A stretch of DNA of 64,000 nt, taken from contig CAUREE010000003.1 in the NCBI GenBank assembly GCA_963523985.1, forward strand, positions 8,491 to 72,490. Reading direction: 5' to 3'. Below, piece by piece: positions 1-10,774 of this stretch; within the stretch, counting starts at the first letter, position 1, and each line of letters starts with the position of its first letter. The notes beneath the pieces are model-generated. The model ran no database searches, was not told the DNA's origin, and saw only the letters and a list, made by a program, of their open reading frames with translations. Source of the stretch: an uncultured Veillonella sp. (lineage in GTDB: Bacteria > Bacillota > Negativicutes > Veillonellales > Veillonellaceae). The position numbers and the translations under genes are program-made.

Positions 1-467
1 AATCCATAGGAAGCTCCTACTTGGTAAGTTCCTTTAATATCATTACCAAAACCTACTTTAGCAAAGCCTTCAATTTTATCAGCTAATTGAGTATGTCCAA
101 TCACGCCTGCTTGATAACCAAACCCATTTTGTTTTGGTCCCATATCTACATAGGTACCAGCGCCATAGACATTGATATTAGGATGTACCGCATAGGCACC
201 GGCTAATTGATGATCTTTGATATCTGTTCCAGTACGATGCACTTTATTAAAAGAATATTGTGCAGCTAAATTATCGGATATACCTTGCTGTGCAGATACA
301 CCAAAACCATCTTTGCGTTTTGTGTCTTGTGCTGTTTTTTTAGATAGAGAATATTCAGCGGCTACTTTTGTTTCACCAGCATTAATATTTGTCACGGGAA
401 CAGCAGCTGCAAATGCAGAAGCACTAAAGGCAGCTAACACTGCTGTGGCTACTATGATTTTCTTCAT
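1..467 (-). CDS. Secreted, probable outer-membrane beta-barrel (porin-like) protein; partial, runs off the window edge
   Basis: Not in the ORF track. ATG at 467 with RBS AAGGAGG. Translates MKKIIVATAVLAAFSASAFA (signal peptide, AFA cleavage) then Gly/aromatic amphipathic beta-strand-like segments (GFGVSAQQG, NLAAQYSF, NINVYGAG, FGYQAGVIG). Confidence 0.75.
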   Translation of the reverse strand, partial: MKKIIVATAVLAAFSASAFAAAVPVTNINAGETKVAAEYSLSKKTAQDTKRKDGFGVSAQQGISDNLAAQYSFNKVHRTGTDIKDHQLAGAYAVHPNINVYGAGTYVDMGPKQNGFGYQAGVIGHTQLADKIEGFAKVGFGNDIKGTYQVGASYG

Positions 468-490
468 AATATCCTCCTTGTATGAGAATC

Positions 491-1507
491 TTATCGTTTC
501 ATGAAAGCTGGTACGTCTGGAGAGTTTCCTGTAACACCAAATGGGCTTTTACGAGCAAAACCATTAGAAGAACCTTGGTCACCAAAACCAGTAGCAACAA
601 CAGTAATGAATACTTTATCACCAACATTTTCATCGATAACAGAACCGAAGATAATATTTGCTTCTGGATCCGCTGCTTCAGAAATAATTTCTGCTGCTTC
701 ATTGATTTCAAATAAGCTTAATTCTTCGCTACCAGTAATGTTTAACAAAATACCTTTTGCGCCATCAATGGAAGTTTCCAATAATGGGCTATTGATTGCT
801 TGTTTTGCAGCATCTACAGCACGATTTTCACCTTCGCCTACGCCGATACCCATCAAGGCTTCACCTTGGTTCGTCATGATAGTTTTTACGTCAGCAAAGT
901 CTAGGTTGATTAAACCTGGTTTTGTAATTAAGTCAGAAATACCTTTGATACCTTGACGTAATACTTCATCAGCAGTCAAGAATGCATCTTTTAAAGATGT
1001 TTTACGGTCAATAATACCCAACAAACGGTCATTTGGAATTGTGATGATTGTATCAACTTTACCAGTTAATGCTTCAATACCGCGTTCAGCTTGTTCTTTA
1101 CGTTTTTTACCTTCAAAGCCGAATGGTTTTGTTACAACACCTACTGTTAATGCGCCAGCTTCACGAGCACATTCTGCTACTACAGGAGCTGCACCAGTAC
1201 CAGTACCACCACCCATACCAGCAGTTACGAATACCATATCAGCGCCTTGCAATGCTTTTAGAATATCTTCGCGACTTTCTTCAGCTGCTTCACGGCCTAC
1301 TTCTGGATTAGCACCAGCGCCTAAGCCTTTAGTAGCTTTCTCACCGATTTGGATACGAACAGGTACATTAGTACCATCTAAGGCTTGTGTTTCTGTGTTA
1401 GCCACTAGAAAATCCACATTTTCCAAGTCGCTGCCAATCATACGAGATACGGCATTTCCGCCGCCGCCACCAACACCAATAACTTTAATTTTTGCAAACT
1501 CTGACAT
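491..1507 (-). CDS. ftsZ: Cell division protein FtsZ
   Basis: [21 protein letters not shown] tubulin signature, NLDFAD, C-terminal DVPAFMKR. Start moved to ATG 1507 behind RBS GGAGGAG. Confidence 0.99.
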   Translation of the reverse strand: MSEFAKIKVIGVGGGGGNAVSRMIGSDLENVDFLVANTETQALDGTNVPVRIQIGEKATKGLGAGANPEVGREAAEESREDILKALQGADMVFVTAGMGGGTGTGAAPVVAECAREAGALTVGVVTKPFGFEGKKRKEQAERGIEALTGKVDTIITIPNDRLLGIIDRKTSLKDAFLTADEVLRQGIKGISDLITKPGLINLDFADVKTIMTNQGEALMGIGVGEGENRAVDAAKQAINSPLLETSIDGAKGILLNITGSEELSLFEINEAAEIISEAADPEANIIFGSVIDENVGDKVFITVVATGFGDQGSSNGFARKSPFGVTGNSPDVPAFMKR

Positions 1508-1657
1508 CGAATGCTCCTCCTCTTTACTAGAGATATATTTCATATTCTTTTACAATGACATTATACTACTAGTCTATCTTATCATTTATAATTTGCTTTT
1601 ATTTTACAATATATTTAATATTTTTTCAATGAAAGTCAATCATTGTCTTTATTTTTT

Positions 1658-2008
1658 CTATCTATGTAGTCGTTTAGTTAATAATAATCTACGAATAGCT
1701 GCTGTATTTTGAAACAACCGCAACCCAAATGAAATCAGTGCCACATAATATAAATCTATGCCAACCTCATTCCCTAAAAACACCAATAAAGCTGCTAATA
1801 AGGAGTTGGAAAAGAACCCTGTAATAAATATAGACAATCCAAATGTTCTTTCTATGGCTGCTCTTGTACCACCAAAAACAGAATCCAAAGCAGCTAGAAG
1901 TGCCACTGAAGTATATTTAGCATAGGCTACTGGTATATCAAAAGGTGTCATAATACCAATGATAACCCCCAGTATTAAACCGCCTATAACCCATACGTAT
2001 ACCATCAT
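1658..2008 (-). CDS. sbp: Small basic protein Sbp (DUF1290), membrane protein
   Basis: YTSVALLAALDSVFGG, FITGFFSN, GLRLFQN motifs; usual position after DUF881 and before ftsZ in Firmicutes. Confidence 0.88.
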   Translation of the reverse strand: MMVYVWVIGGLILGVIIGIMTPFDIPVAYAKYTSVALLAALDSVFGGTRAAIERTFGLSIFITGFFSNSLLAALLVFLGNEVGIDLYYVALISFGLRLFQNTAAIRRLLLTKRLHR

Positions 2009-2685
2009 TGACCTCCCTTCACTTTGATGTAATTTTGTTTTATCGTTCCATCATAAGCTGGGACTATTACATGATCTTCATCTTGAATTTTCACTTCAAT
2101 TCCCCAATATTTAAGAGACTCCACGACTCCACCTCTCATAGTAAGGGCAGAATGCAATGTTTTTGTGTCTCCAATAGCCTTAATCATAAATGGTGGGGCA
2201 AAAATTTTTCCGTTAACTGTAACGGTAGGGCCGGAGCAACGAATTTCCGAAGTTCCTATCAACCGTTGATCATTAATAGAGATAGCCTCTGCTCCAGCCG
2301 CTCTTAATTCGTTGACAATGCGAAGCATATCTTCATCATGAATTAAATATAAATTGGGATTTTCTCCATTTTTCACTGGCGTTTTGCTATCTGTTATGGT
2401 TAAGACCACACCTGGACCTTCTACATCGACTAAGGAAGCCCTAAGGGATAATAATCGATTTTCTTCTTTCATCCCTTCTAGACTTCCTTCTTCTTTCATA
2501 GTAGCAATTTGTTTTTTAAGGCCCGCCCGTTCTTCTTGAAGAGAATTAATCTTTAGCGCCAATTCTCCACTTCTTTGCAAGTTTATATTGCCCTCTGCAA
2601 TAGTTTGTGTCATTCTGTACTGCGTAACAAGCATGACCCCTACAATCATACTTACTACGGCTATGGCGATACGCCCTTGTTTCAA
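2005..2685 (-). CDS. DUF881 family protein (YlxW/YlxX-like)
   Basis: N-terminal TM, coiled coil, VEGPGVVLTITD, IHDEDMLRIVNELRAAGAEAISINDQR; TTG start with AAGGAG RBS. Confidence 0.9.
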   Translation of the reverse strand: MKQGRIAIAVVSMIVGVMLVTQYRMTQTIAEGNINLQRSGELALKINSLQEERAGLKKQIATMKEEGSLEGMKEENRLLSLRASLVDVEGPGVVLTITDSKTPVKNGENPNLYLIHDEDMLRIVNELRAAGAEAISINDQRLIGTSEIRCSGPTVTVNGKIFAPPFMIKAIGDTKTLHSALTMRGGVVESLKYWGIEVKIQDEDHVIVPAYDGTIKQNYIKVKGGQ

Positions 2686-2697
2686 CTTTGTACTCCT

Positions 2698-3567
2698 TTA
2701 TTGTGATTTAATAAAAGGGGATTTAATATTTACGTCGATAAACTCAGCAGATACATGCCGTTGTGCAATATCTACAAGCATATCTGTAGTTATTTTTGCT
2801 TTTTCTTCTAAATCATTACGGTCTCCAATATGAATTGGTAAACCCTCTACTGTATAGGCAATCATTTTGTCGGCATCACCTACATTAATTTCACCGATTT
2901 TCTTTCGTCCCTCTTCAGTGAAAGCTTCCATATACGCAATAGCTCCGCGGATTCCCTCAGCTTCAATAGTATCGCCTAATAATGCATTCCCTAATCGCAC
3001 TCCAGATATAATAGGCACCGTTGTGTCAGGAATGGTAGCACTACTAGCGATAACCATACCGTTTCGATCCAAAGAAACAAATCCAAATTGAGAGGGAACT
3101 ACAACCAACGCCTTTCGTTCTTTTACATCTACCTGCAAAGTAAGTGGTAATGCATAGGATACATGTGCTGTATCAACACGTATGTCCTTTTGTAAACGCT
3201 CTTCTAAAGCGCCTGTTCTAACTCTTAAGATATTAACAGGATATCCTAAATCACCTATGTGCACCACATCTTCTGAGGTTAATTGACTAGTCCCTGTCAC
3301 TTGAATTTGACCAATTGGCAAAGGTAATGTGAAAAGACCAATCAAAATGCATGCACCAATGACCACCTTCCAAACTGCTGTTTTTGATTGTTTGCGTCGT
3401 TTTATCTTTCGTCTGCGACGCACACGTTTAGGTCCTTCAGGGGTATCTATGGTGACAATTTCCCATCCATCTTCCTCTATGCCAGAAATTGTTCTTTCAC
3501 TGATTGGTTGTTCTCCAATTGGAGAACTACTCTGCTCCTCCTGGTTTTGAAACCCATGTACCTTCAT
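2698..3567 (-). CDS. ftsQ: Cell division protein FtsQ/DivIB
   Basis: Basic cytoplasmic tail, single TM, POTRA-like segment (IQVTGTSQLT...LPLTLQVDVKER), dcw position. ATG 3567 follows AGGAG. Confidence 0.9.
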   Translation of the reverse strand: MKVHGFQNQEEQSSSPIGEQPISERTISGIEEDGWEIVTIDTPEGPKRVRRRRKIKRRKQSKTAVWKVVIGACILIGLFTLPLPIGQIQVTGTSQLTSEDVVHIGDLGYPVNILRVRTGALEERLQKDIRVDTAHVSYALPLTLQVDVKERKALVVVPSQFGFVSLDRNGMVIASSATIPDTTVPIISGVRLGNALLGDTIEAEGIRGAIAYMEAFTEEGRKKIGEINVGDADKMIAYTVEGLPIHIGDRNDLEEKAKITTDMLVDIAQRHVSAEFIDVNIKSPFIKSQ

Positions 3568-3575
3568 AACCACTC

Positions 3576-4508
3576 CTAAAATTTATGCAGTCCAGCGGAC
3601 TGAAGAATTTGTTCGCATAATTCAGGAAATTCAATACCCACTGCTCTTGCTGCTTTCGGCACTAATGAGGTAGCTGTCATACCAGGTACCGTATTATATT
3701 CCAATACAAACATATCATCTGTACTGTTCATCATGATATCCACACGGATTACACCTGCGCATTGCATTTGTTGATAAACAGATTCGCCAATACGTTGCAT
3801 GGCAGCAGCTTGTTCTTCTGTAATCGGTGCTGGCACCAAATAATCAGTAGCACCTGTTGTGTATTTAGAGGCATAATCATATTCCCCTGAATGTGGTCGA
3901 ATTTCAATCACTGGCAAAGCTTTACCATCTAATACAGATACAGTAAATTCTCTACCATCTACAAATTCTTCTACTACGATGACATGGTCTATGTCTAATA
4001 CTTCTTTGACTTCTGTATTAACAGTTGCTTCATCTTTAATAATAGCGACACCAATACTAGATCCTTGACTAGCTGCTTTCACAACAAATGGCACTTTGAA
4101 ATTAGCATGAATATCTTCTAAGATTTCATCCACAGATTCTAAATGGCTATCATAGGATTTTGAATTTGCTGTGGGGATGTGAGCTCCTAAAAATACATGT
4201 TTACTCATTTTTTTGTTCATACCTACCGCATGAGCCATAACACCAGACCCCGTGTAAGGAATACCTGCCATTTCAAGAGCCCCTTGTAAAGCTCCGTCTT
4301 CGCCATATTTGCCATGGATGGCATTAAATACAACATCACACTGTAAATCTTGCAAGTCTCGTACTACTGTACTAGGATTACATTCTAATGTTGTAGCCTC
4401 ATAGCCTTTGCTTTGTAATGCTTCTGCAATAGCTGCCGCTGTTCTTCTAGATACATCAGCTTCTTTTGATGGTCCTCCCATGAGGACGATAATACGTTTA
4501 TCCTTCAC
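3576..4508 (-). CDS. ddl: D-alanine-D-alanine ligase
   Basis: VLMGGPSKE, HGKYGEDG, GSSIG, YDYASKY, LEYNTVPGMT. Confidence 0.97.
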   Translation of the reverse strand: MKDKRIIVLMGGPSKEADVSRRTAAAIAEALQSKGYEATTLECNPSTVVRDLQDLQCDVVFNAIHGKYGEDGALQGALEMAGIPYTGSGVMAHAVGMNKKMSKHVFLGAHIPTANSKSYDSHLESVDEILEDIHANFKVPFVVKAASQGSSIGVAIIKDEATVNTEVKEVLDIDHVIVVEEFVDGREFTVSVLDGKALPVIEIRPHSGEYDYASKYTTGATDYLVPAPITEEQAAAMQRIGESVYQQMQCAGVIRVDIMMNSTDDMFVLEYNTVPGMTATSLVPKAARAVGIEFPELCEQILQSAGLHKF

Positions 4509-4509
4509 T

Positions 4510-5883
4510 TTATTTATCCTCCAATAAAGCTAATAGTTTAGGTCCAAATTGATTAATATTACCTGCCCCCATAGTGATGACTAAGTCATTAGGTTGAATG
4601 AACTCTAATACAGTTTCTGGCAATGTATTCACATCAGCCACATAATGAATTTCTTTACCCGTCAACTCTTTAATCATCAATGGAATAGACATACCATCAA
4701 TTCCAGCCTCAGGTTTTTCACCAGCACTATAAATATCTGTAATAAAAACTAGATCAGCTTCTTTGAAAGCCGTGCCAAATTCACGTAGTAACAATTTGGT
4801 ACGACTATATCGATGCGGTTGGAATAGAATTACCACACGATGGTCTTCCAGAGATTTTGCCGCTTTAATTGTAGCCGCAATTTCTGTAGGGTGATGTGCA
4901 TAATCATCTACCACCCAAACATCTTTTACATGGCCTTTCGTTTCAAAGCGACGTTTTGCCCCAATAAATTTACGCAGCGCTTGAGCAACTACTTCAAAGG
5001 AGATTCCTTCTCCCAAGGCCACTACAAGTGCTCCTAGTGCATTCAACGCATTATGTTGGCCCGGTACAGCTAAACGTAATGTACCTAGCACAGTCTCGTT
5101 ATGAACCACTTCAAAGGTAGTAATCCCTTGTTCAATGCGCAAGTTCTCAATACGATAATCGTTGCCTGCCCCTAAACCATAGGTAATGCATTGACGTTTA
5201 ATATCTGGCATAATCCGTCGAATTGATGGATTATCACCACATACCACAGCAATACCATCTTCTGGCAATTTCATAGAAAACTCTGTGAAAGCTCGTAATA
5301 AGTTTTCCACTGTCCGATAATGGTCCATGTGGTCATTTTCAATATTCGTGATTACAATACGCTTAGGATTTAAGTGCAAGAAAGAACCATCACTTTCATC
5401 AGCTTCAGCAATACTATATTTACCTTTACCTACATGGCTACTACCATTTAAATAATCCACTTCTCCACCGATGATGATAGTTGGATCTTGATTTGCTTCC
5501 ATGAAAATTTGTCCAATCATAGACGTAGTTGTAGTCTTACCATGTGCACCAGCAACAGCAATACCATAGGTTTCATCTAACACTGCTTTCACCACGTCCG
5601 AACGGTGTAAAATTGGAATATTTCGTTCTCTAGCTCCGACAATTTCAGGATTATCATCATGGATGGCAGTAGAGCGAATAACCACATCTACTCCTTCTAC
5701 ATGAGCAGCATCATGTCCCATAAAAATGGTAGCCCCTGCATTTCTAAATTTTTCTGTTATGGCAGATTCTTGAATATCAGAACCAGATACAATAAATCCT
5801 TTTTCAATCAATACATGCGCAATGGCACGCATGCCGGAACCGGCAATGCCGATTAAATGTATACGTTGATAGGTATCTAACAT
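4510..5883 (-). CDS. murC: UDP-N-acetylmuramate-L-alanine ligase
   Basis: IGIAGSGM, GAHGKTTT, EADESDGSF, DDYAHHPTE, FQPHRYSRT. Confidence 0.98.
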   Translation of the reverse strand: MLDTYQRIHLIGIAGSGMRAIAHVLIEKGFIVSGSDIQESAITEKFRNAGATIFMGHDAAHVEGVDVVIRSTAIHDDNPEIVGARERNIPILHRSDVVKAVLDETYGIAVAGAHGKTTTTSMIGQIFMEANQDPTIIIGGEVDYLNGSSHVGKGKYSIAEADESDGSFLHLNPKRIVITNIENDHMDHYRTVENLLRAFTEFSMKLPEDGIAVVCGDNPSIRRIMPDIKRQCITYGLGAGNDYRIENLRIEQGITTFEVVHNETVLGTLRLAVPGQHNALNALGALVVALGEGISFEVVAQALRKFIGAKRRFETKGHVKDVWVVDDYAHHPTEIAATIKAAKSLEDHRVVILFQPHRYSRTKLLLREFGTAFKEADLVFITDIYSAGEKPEAGIDGMSIPLMIKELTGKEIHYVADVNTLPETVLEFIQPNDLVITMGAGNINQFGPKLLALLEDK

Positions 5884-5897
5884 AGAGATACTCCCTC

Positions 5898-7004
5898 CTA
5901 TGATTTCTTAATAGATAGAGCCAACTTAGCAATTTCTATAGCTGCCTCAGGCTTTCCTAATTGTAATGTGGCTTGTGCCATACGTTCGCGACATCCCCAA
6001 TCCGCTAACATTGCATCTACCGCTTGTAGTAATCTTGTGCCATCTAATTCTTTATCTACAATCATCGTAGACGCACCTGCCTCTACGAATGCTTTTGCAT
6101 TAAATGTTTGATGGTCAGCAGCTGCATAGGGATAAGGAATTAGGATAGATGGTATGCCACGTACAGCTAATTCTGCTAGCCCTATGGCTCCAGATCGGAA
6201 TATGGCCATATCTGATGCAGCCATAGCCATATCCATATTGTCTAAGTAAGGAACAATATATGATGTTGGACTGTAAACCTCTCCTTCATGTATGCCTAAT
6301 CTTTCACAAACCCGACTGTATTCATCAGTACCTGTAGCATGGATAATTTTAATATCCTCTCTACCTTTGTATTGTTCATGAACGGCTTGCATCGCTGTAT
6401 TAATACTCCGTGCACCACGGGATCCACCAGCCACTAAGATAGCTGTTTGATCGTTTTGTAATCCAAAGTAAGCTCTAGCTTCTTCTCGATTTGCAGCAAC
6501 TACATTGGGACGTACAGGATTCCCTGTATACACCACTTGCTTTGCTTTTGGAAACTGTGGAATTGCTTCTTCATATCCTACAGCTACCACATCAACAAAA
6601 CGGCTCAAAATTTTATTCGTTATGCCTGGTACTACATTTTGTTCTTGAATTAATGTAGGAATCCCACGTAAGGCAGCTGCTAATAGTAAAGGACCACATA
6701 CATAGCCACCTGTACCAATAACAATATCTGGTTTAAACTCGGAAATTAACTGATTTGCTTTCCATAAGGAGGACAGTGTTTTACCTGCTGTTACCAATGT
6801 ATCTAAGGACAATTTACGTTGCAATCCTTGCACAGGTAATGTAGTAAATGGAATCCCTTCTTTAGGAACAATCCGTGACTCTAGGCCTCTTTCAGTTCCT
6901 ACATAAAGAAAGTTAGCATCTACCATTGTGTCTAATGTTTTATAAATCGTGAGGGCTGGATAAATATGACCACCAGTACCTCCACCTGAAATCATGATAT
7001 TCAT
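5898..7004 (-). CDS. murG: Lipid II GlcNAc transferase MurG
   Basis: GGGTGGHIYP, GTGGYV, EQN, TGNPVR, GGSRGA, HQTFNA. Confidence 0.98.
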   Translation of the reverse strand: MNIMISGGGTGGHIYPALTIYKTLDTMVDANFLYVGTERGLESRIVPKEGIPFTTLPVQGLQRKLSLDTLVTAGKTLSSLWKANQLISEFKPDIVIGTGGYVCGPLLLAAALRGIPTLIQEQNVVPGITNKILSRFVDVVAVGYEEAIPQFPKAKQVVYTGNPVRPNVVAANREEARAYFGLQNDQTAILVAGGSRGARSINTAMQAVHEQYKGREDIKIIHATGTDEYSRVCERLGIHEGEVYSPTSYIVPYLDNMDMAMAASDMAIFRSGAIGLAELAVRGIPSILIPYPYAAADHQTFNAKAFVEAGASTMIVDKELDGTRLLQAVDAMLADWGCRERMAQATLQLGKPEAAIEIAKLALSIKKS

Positions 7005-7014
7005 GTATGACCCC

Positions 7015-8367
7015 TTACAATCGTTCTACTAATCTTCTGAAATGATCGCCTCTATCTTCAAATCGTGCATACCAGTCAAAACTTGCACAGGCTGGAGACA
7101 ATAATACTACATCACCTTCTTCTGCAATACGAGCACTTAAAGATACAGCTTCTTCCATAGATTCACAACGATGAATATGAGGTACGCCCACTTTTACCGC
7201 TGCTTCTGCAAAGCGCTGTGCTGCTTCACCAATAAGAATTAATTCTTTTACATTGGTTTTTACTAGTTCCATCATATCCTCTAAGTCGGTCATTTTATCC
7301 TTACCACCTGCGATCAACACAAGAGGAGAAGTAAAAGACTCTAAGGCTTTAATAGTAGAATCCGTATTGGTTGCTTTAGAATCGTTATAGTACGTAACAC
7401 CATTTAGAGTACGAATCCGTTCTAGGCGATGTGCCACACCATGGAACTTTGCAATAGCCTGATAAATATCTTCTACAGACACACCCAATGCGTAGGTTAG
7501 GGCAATAACACTCAAAATATTTTCAATATTGTGAGACCCTGGAATATGAATATCTTTTGTCGTAATCACTGGCACTGAGTTACCATGCATCACTGCATAG
7601 CATGTATTGTTTTCAAAATACGCTCCATCTGTGACAGGTCGTTCTTGACTAATTCCTAACACATGTCCTTTTACTCGTTTTGCCATATCCGCCACGATAG
7701 GAGAATCAAAGTTTAATACTGTCCAATCTCCTAATTCTTGATTACGGAAAATATTTTCTTTAGCCTCTTGATATCGTTCCATTGTTTTATGACGTAACAA
7801 ATGGTCTGGAGTCACATTTAGCAAGATAGCCCCTTTCGTACGAAACTTATCAATACTCTCCAATTGATACGATGAAAGTTCAGCCACTAACACACCTGTT
7901 TCAGGCACTGCCAAGGCTTGCTCACTAAGAGAGTAGCCAATATTACCGCCTACATAGACATCCCATTTAGCTTCTTTCAGAACTTCTGCTAGTAAGGAAG
8001 TCGTTGTAGTTTTACCATTTGTACCTGTTACACCTAAAATAGGAGCTTTTGATACTTCATATGCAATCTCCACTTCTCCTACCACAGGAATATTTCTTTT
8101 TTTCGCCTCTTGAATGATAGGTATCTCTAAAGAAATACCAGGTGATACAACCACTCTAGTAGCCGTATCAAGTAACACAAAATCTTGTTGCCCTGTAATC
8201 ACTTCTATATGATTCTCTGCCAAACGCTGGCTTTCAGCTGGATCAAAATCAATTTTTTTATAATCATTAAGCGTCACTGTAGCGCCTAATTTAGCCAATG
8301 TGTGGGCCACGCCAATACCACTAAGACCGGCACCTAATACCAATATATGCGAACCTGAATAATCCAT
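7015..8367 (-). CDS. murD: UDP-MurNAc-L-Ala-D-glutamate ligase
   Basis: SPGI, GTNGKTTT, ELSSYQL, NDSKATN, LLSPACASFD. Confidence 0.98.
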   Translation of the reverse strand: MDYSGSHILVLGAGLSGIGVAHTLAKLGATVTLNDYKKIDFDPAESQRLAENHIEVITGQQDFVLLDTATRVVVSPGISLEIPIIQEAKKRNIPVVGEVEIAYEVSKAPILGVTGTNGKTTTTSLLAEVLKEAKWDVYVGGNIGYSLSEQALAVPETGVLVAELSSYQLESIDKFRTKGAILLNVTPDHLLRHKTMERYQEAKENIFRNQELGDWTVLNFDSPIVADMAKRVKGHVLGISQERPVTDGAYFENNTCYAVMHGNSVPVITTKDIHIPGSHNIENILSVIALTYALGVSVEDIYQAIAKFHGVAHRLERIRTLNGVTYYNDSKATNTDSTIKALESFTSPLVLIAGGKDKMTDLEDMMELVKTNVKELILIGEAAQRFAEAAVKVGVPHIHRCESMEEAVSLSARIAEEGDVVLLSPACASFDWYARFEDRGDHFRRLVERL

Positions 8368-8395
8368 TCTAACCACCTAACCCTATATGCAAGAA

Positions 8396-8422
8396 TAACG
8401 GCTCTTACTAGTAGAGCCGTAA
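8396..8422. other. Intergenic hairpin between mraY and murD
   Basis: ACGGCTCT-tactagt-AGAGCCGT perfect 8-bp stem. Confidence 0.6.
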
Positions 8423-8428
8423 TCTATA

Positions 8429-9391
8429 TTATTTCATGCTTAACAGTGCAATGCCTAACAAAGCCGTTATCAAAGAAACAGCCCAGAATACATATACCAC
8501 TTTTCGCTCACTCCAACCACCTAATTCAAAGTGATGGTGAATTGGGCTCATACGAAAAATACGAACCCCTCTAGTTTTAAAAGAGGCTACCTGTAAAATT
8601 ACAGATAATGCTTCTACTACAAATACAAAGCCTATCACAATTAATAGAAGTTCTGTTTTTGTAGCAATAGCCATTCCCGCAAAAGCACCACCTAATGCTA
8701 AGGAGCCTGTATCACCCATAAATACTTTTGCCGGATTTGCATTGAAATATAAGAATCCTAAACAAACCGCACTTACGATGATACCAAAGAAAGTGACACT
8801 CAAGGACCCTACTAATAATCCTACCACTGCAAAAGCCGCTCCTGCAATAGCAGAAATACCAGTTGCCAATCCATCTAAGCCATCTGTTAAGTTAACCGCA
8901 TTCGTTGTCCCCAAAATAATGATAAACGCCAATACATAATAGGCGTAGCCAAGATCTACAGTGATATCCACTAAAGGAATCCACAAAGTAGTTGGCAACG
9001 CTGCATAGGCAATAGAGATATAACAAAATACGATAGCTAGCACCGCTTGACCTAGTAATTTTTGTTTTGCTGTTAACCCTAAATTACGGCGTTTCACAGC
9101 TTTAATAAAATCATCACTAAACCCTAATGCACCATGACCTAATGTTAAAAATAATAGCATCCACAATGTTACAGAATAGGGTGGCACTATGCATACAGTT
9201 ATAACTAAGGCTAGCATCATAAATAAACCGCCCATTGTAGGTGTCCCCGCTTTAGCTAAATGTGCCTGAGGTCCATCTTCACGAATCGATTGTTGCGCTT
9301 TCAGTCGCTGCAACAGAGGAATCCCTATTTTACCGAATACTAATGTACTTATCAGGGCTAAGCCAAAGGCTACTGCATAGTCCATATTCAT
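8429..9391 (-). CDS. mraY: Phospho-MurNAc-pentapeptide transferase
   Basis: KAGTPTMGG, DD, NAVNLTDGLDGLA, FMGDTGS, PIHHHFE. Confidence 0.98.
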   Translation of the reverse strand: MNMDYAVAFGLALISTLVFGKIGIPLLQRLKAQQSIREDGPQAHLAKAGTPTMGGLFMMLALVITVCIVPPYSVTLWMLLFLTLGHGALGFSDDFIKAVKRRNLGLTAKQKLLGQAVLAIVFCYISIAYAALPTTLWIPLVDITVDLGYAYYVLAFIIILGTTNAVNLTDGLDGLATGISAIAGAAFAVVGLLVGSLSVTFFGIIVSAVCLGFLYFNANPAKVFMGDTGSLALGGAFAGMAIATKTELLLIVIGFVFVVEALSVILQVASFKTRGVRIFRMSPIHHHFELGGWSERKVVYVFWAVSLITALLGIALLSMK

Positions 9392-9408
9392 GTCACATGT
9401 CTCCTTAC

Positions 9409-10773
9409 TTATTCATGTCGTTCTTTAAAATCTTCTATAATACGTTCCATTTTAAGACCACGAGAGCCTTTCACTAGAATCACATCGCCATCTTGTTTTA
9501 CATCATAGTAGGTATTGGCAATATCAAGATGACTCTTTCCTACATAGACATAAGGAACACCTGCTTGTTTCGCCACAGAAGCAGTTATCTTCATCATATC
9601 ACCAAAGGTAAATACCATATCATACTGTTCTTCGCCGAGAATCCTGCCAATCTCCTCATGAGCTGCTTTAGAATGGTCACCTAACTCTAACATATCTCCT
9701 AGCATAGCAATTTTACGAGTCCCTTGCAACTGTCCCATAGCACGAATGGACTCTGCCATACTATTGGGATTGGCATTATAGGCATCGTTCAAAACCGTGA
9801 AAGTTGGAAATGCTACAATCTCTTGTCGCATAGAAATCCCTGGAAACTCCTTAAAAGCCTCCACAATTTCTGCTTTTGGCACACCTAAAATGGTACCCAC
9901 TGCAATAGCAGATAATGCATCATATACATTGTGAATCCCAATCATTGGCAAAAATACATTCCAATCACCTGATGCATCATGAACGGTAAAATTAATCCCT
10001 TTTGACGTATATTCTAATCGAGTTCCTTGTACGTGAGAGCCTTCTTGCATACCATAGGTCATAACCTTTGCATCCGTTACGTCTTGCATAGGCACTACAA
10101 AAGGATCATCATGATTTAATACAGCTGCTCCTGTACTTGGTAAGGCTTCAATCAATTCTTGCTTTGCCTTTCCAATATTGTCTTGAGACCCTAATAGTTC
10201 AATATGGCTAGTGCCTACATTTGTGATAACACCAATTGTAGGTTCCGCAATCTCCGCTAATTCAGCAATTTGACCAAGCCCACGCATCCCCATTTCAAGT
10301 ACGCATACATCATGGTCTTCTGTTAATTGTAATAACATCTTAGGAACGCCAATTTCGTTATTATAATTCTTCTCTGTTTTGAGCACTGTAAAAGCTTTTT
10401 CTAACACAGCGCTAATCATTTCTTTTGTGGTTGTTTTCCCAGAGGAACCAGTAATGCCAATTACAGGGATAGGAAAGCGTCTACGATGATAAGTTGCTAA
10501 CTGCTGGTAGGCTCGTAATGTATCTTCTACTTCAATACAAACTAAGCCATCAATGGTTTTACCACGTTTCACCACAGCACCTGTAGCACCACGTTCTTTG
10601 GCAACTGTTAAAAAGTCGTGACCATCAAATGTCATCCCTTCCAATGCCACAAATAAACCATTTTTTCCGATCGTCCTTGTATCTGTTGATACATCTGCAA
10701 AGGTGCAAGCACTTGTTCCTATACAAGATCCCTGTGTTGCCTCTAGCACTTCTTGCACTGTAAATTGTGCCAT
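9409..10773 (-). CDS. murF: UDP-MurNAc-tripeptide-D-Ala-D-Ala ligase
   Basis: TGSSGKTTTKE, NNEIGVP, EMGM, NDAYNANP, GDMLELG, VKGSRG. Confidence 0.98.
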   Translation of the reverse strand: MAQFTVQEVLEATQGSCIGTSACTFADVSTDTRTIGKNGLFVALEGMTFDGHDFLTVAKERGATGAVVKRGKTIDGLVCIEVEDTLRAYQQLATYHRRRFPIPVIGITGSSGKTTTKEMISAVLEKAFTVLKTEKNYNNEIGVPKMLLQLTEDHDVCVLEMGMRGLGQIAELAEIAEPTIGVITNVGTSHIELLGSQDNIGKAKQELIEALPSTGAAVLNHDDPFVVPMQDVTDAKVMTYGMQEGSHVQGTRLEYTSKGINFTVHDASGDWNVFLPMIGIHNVYDALSAIAVGTILGVPKAEIVEAFKEFPGISMRQEIVAFPTFTVLNDAYNANPNSMAESIRAMGQLQGTRKIAMLGDMLELGDHSKAAHEEIGRILGEEQYDMVFTFGDMMKITASVAKQAGVPYVYVGKSHLDIANTYYDVKQDGDVILVKGSRGLKMERIIEDFKERHE

Positions 10774-10774
10774 A

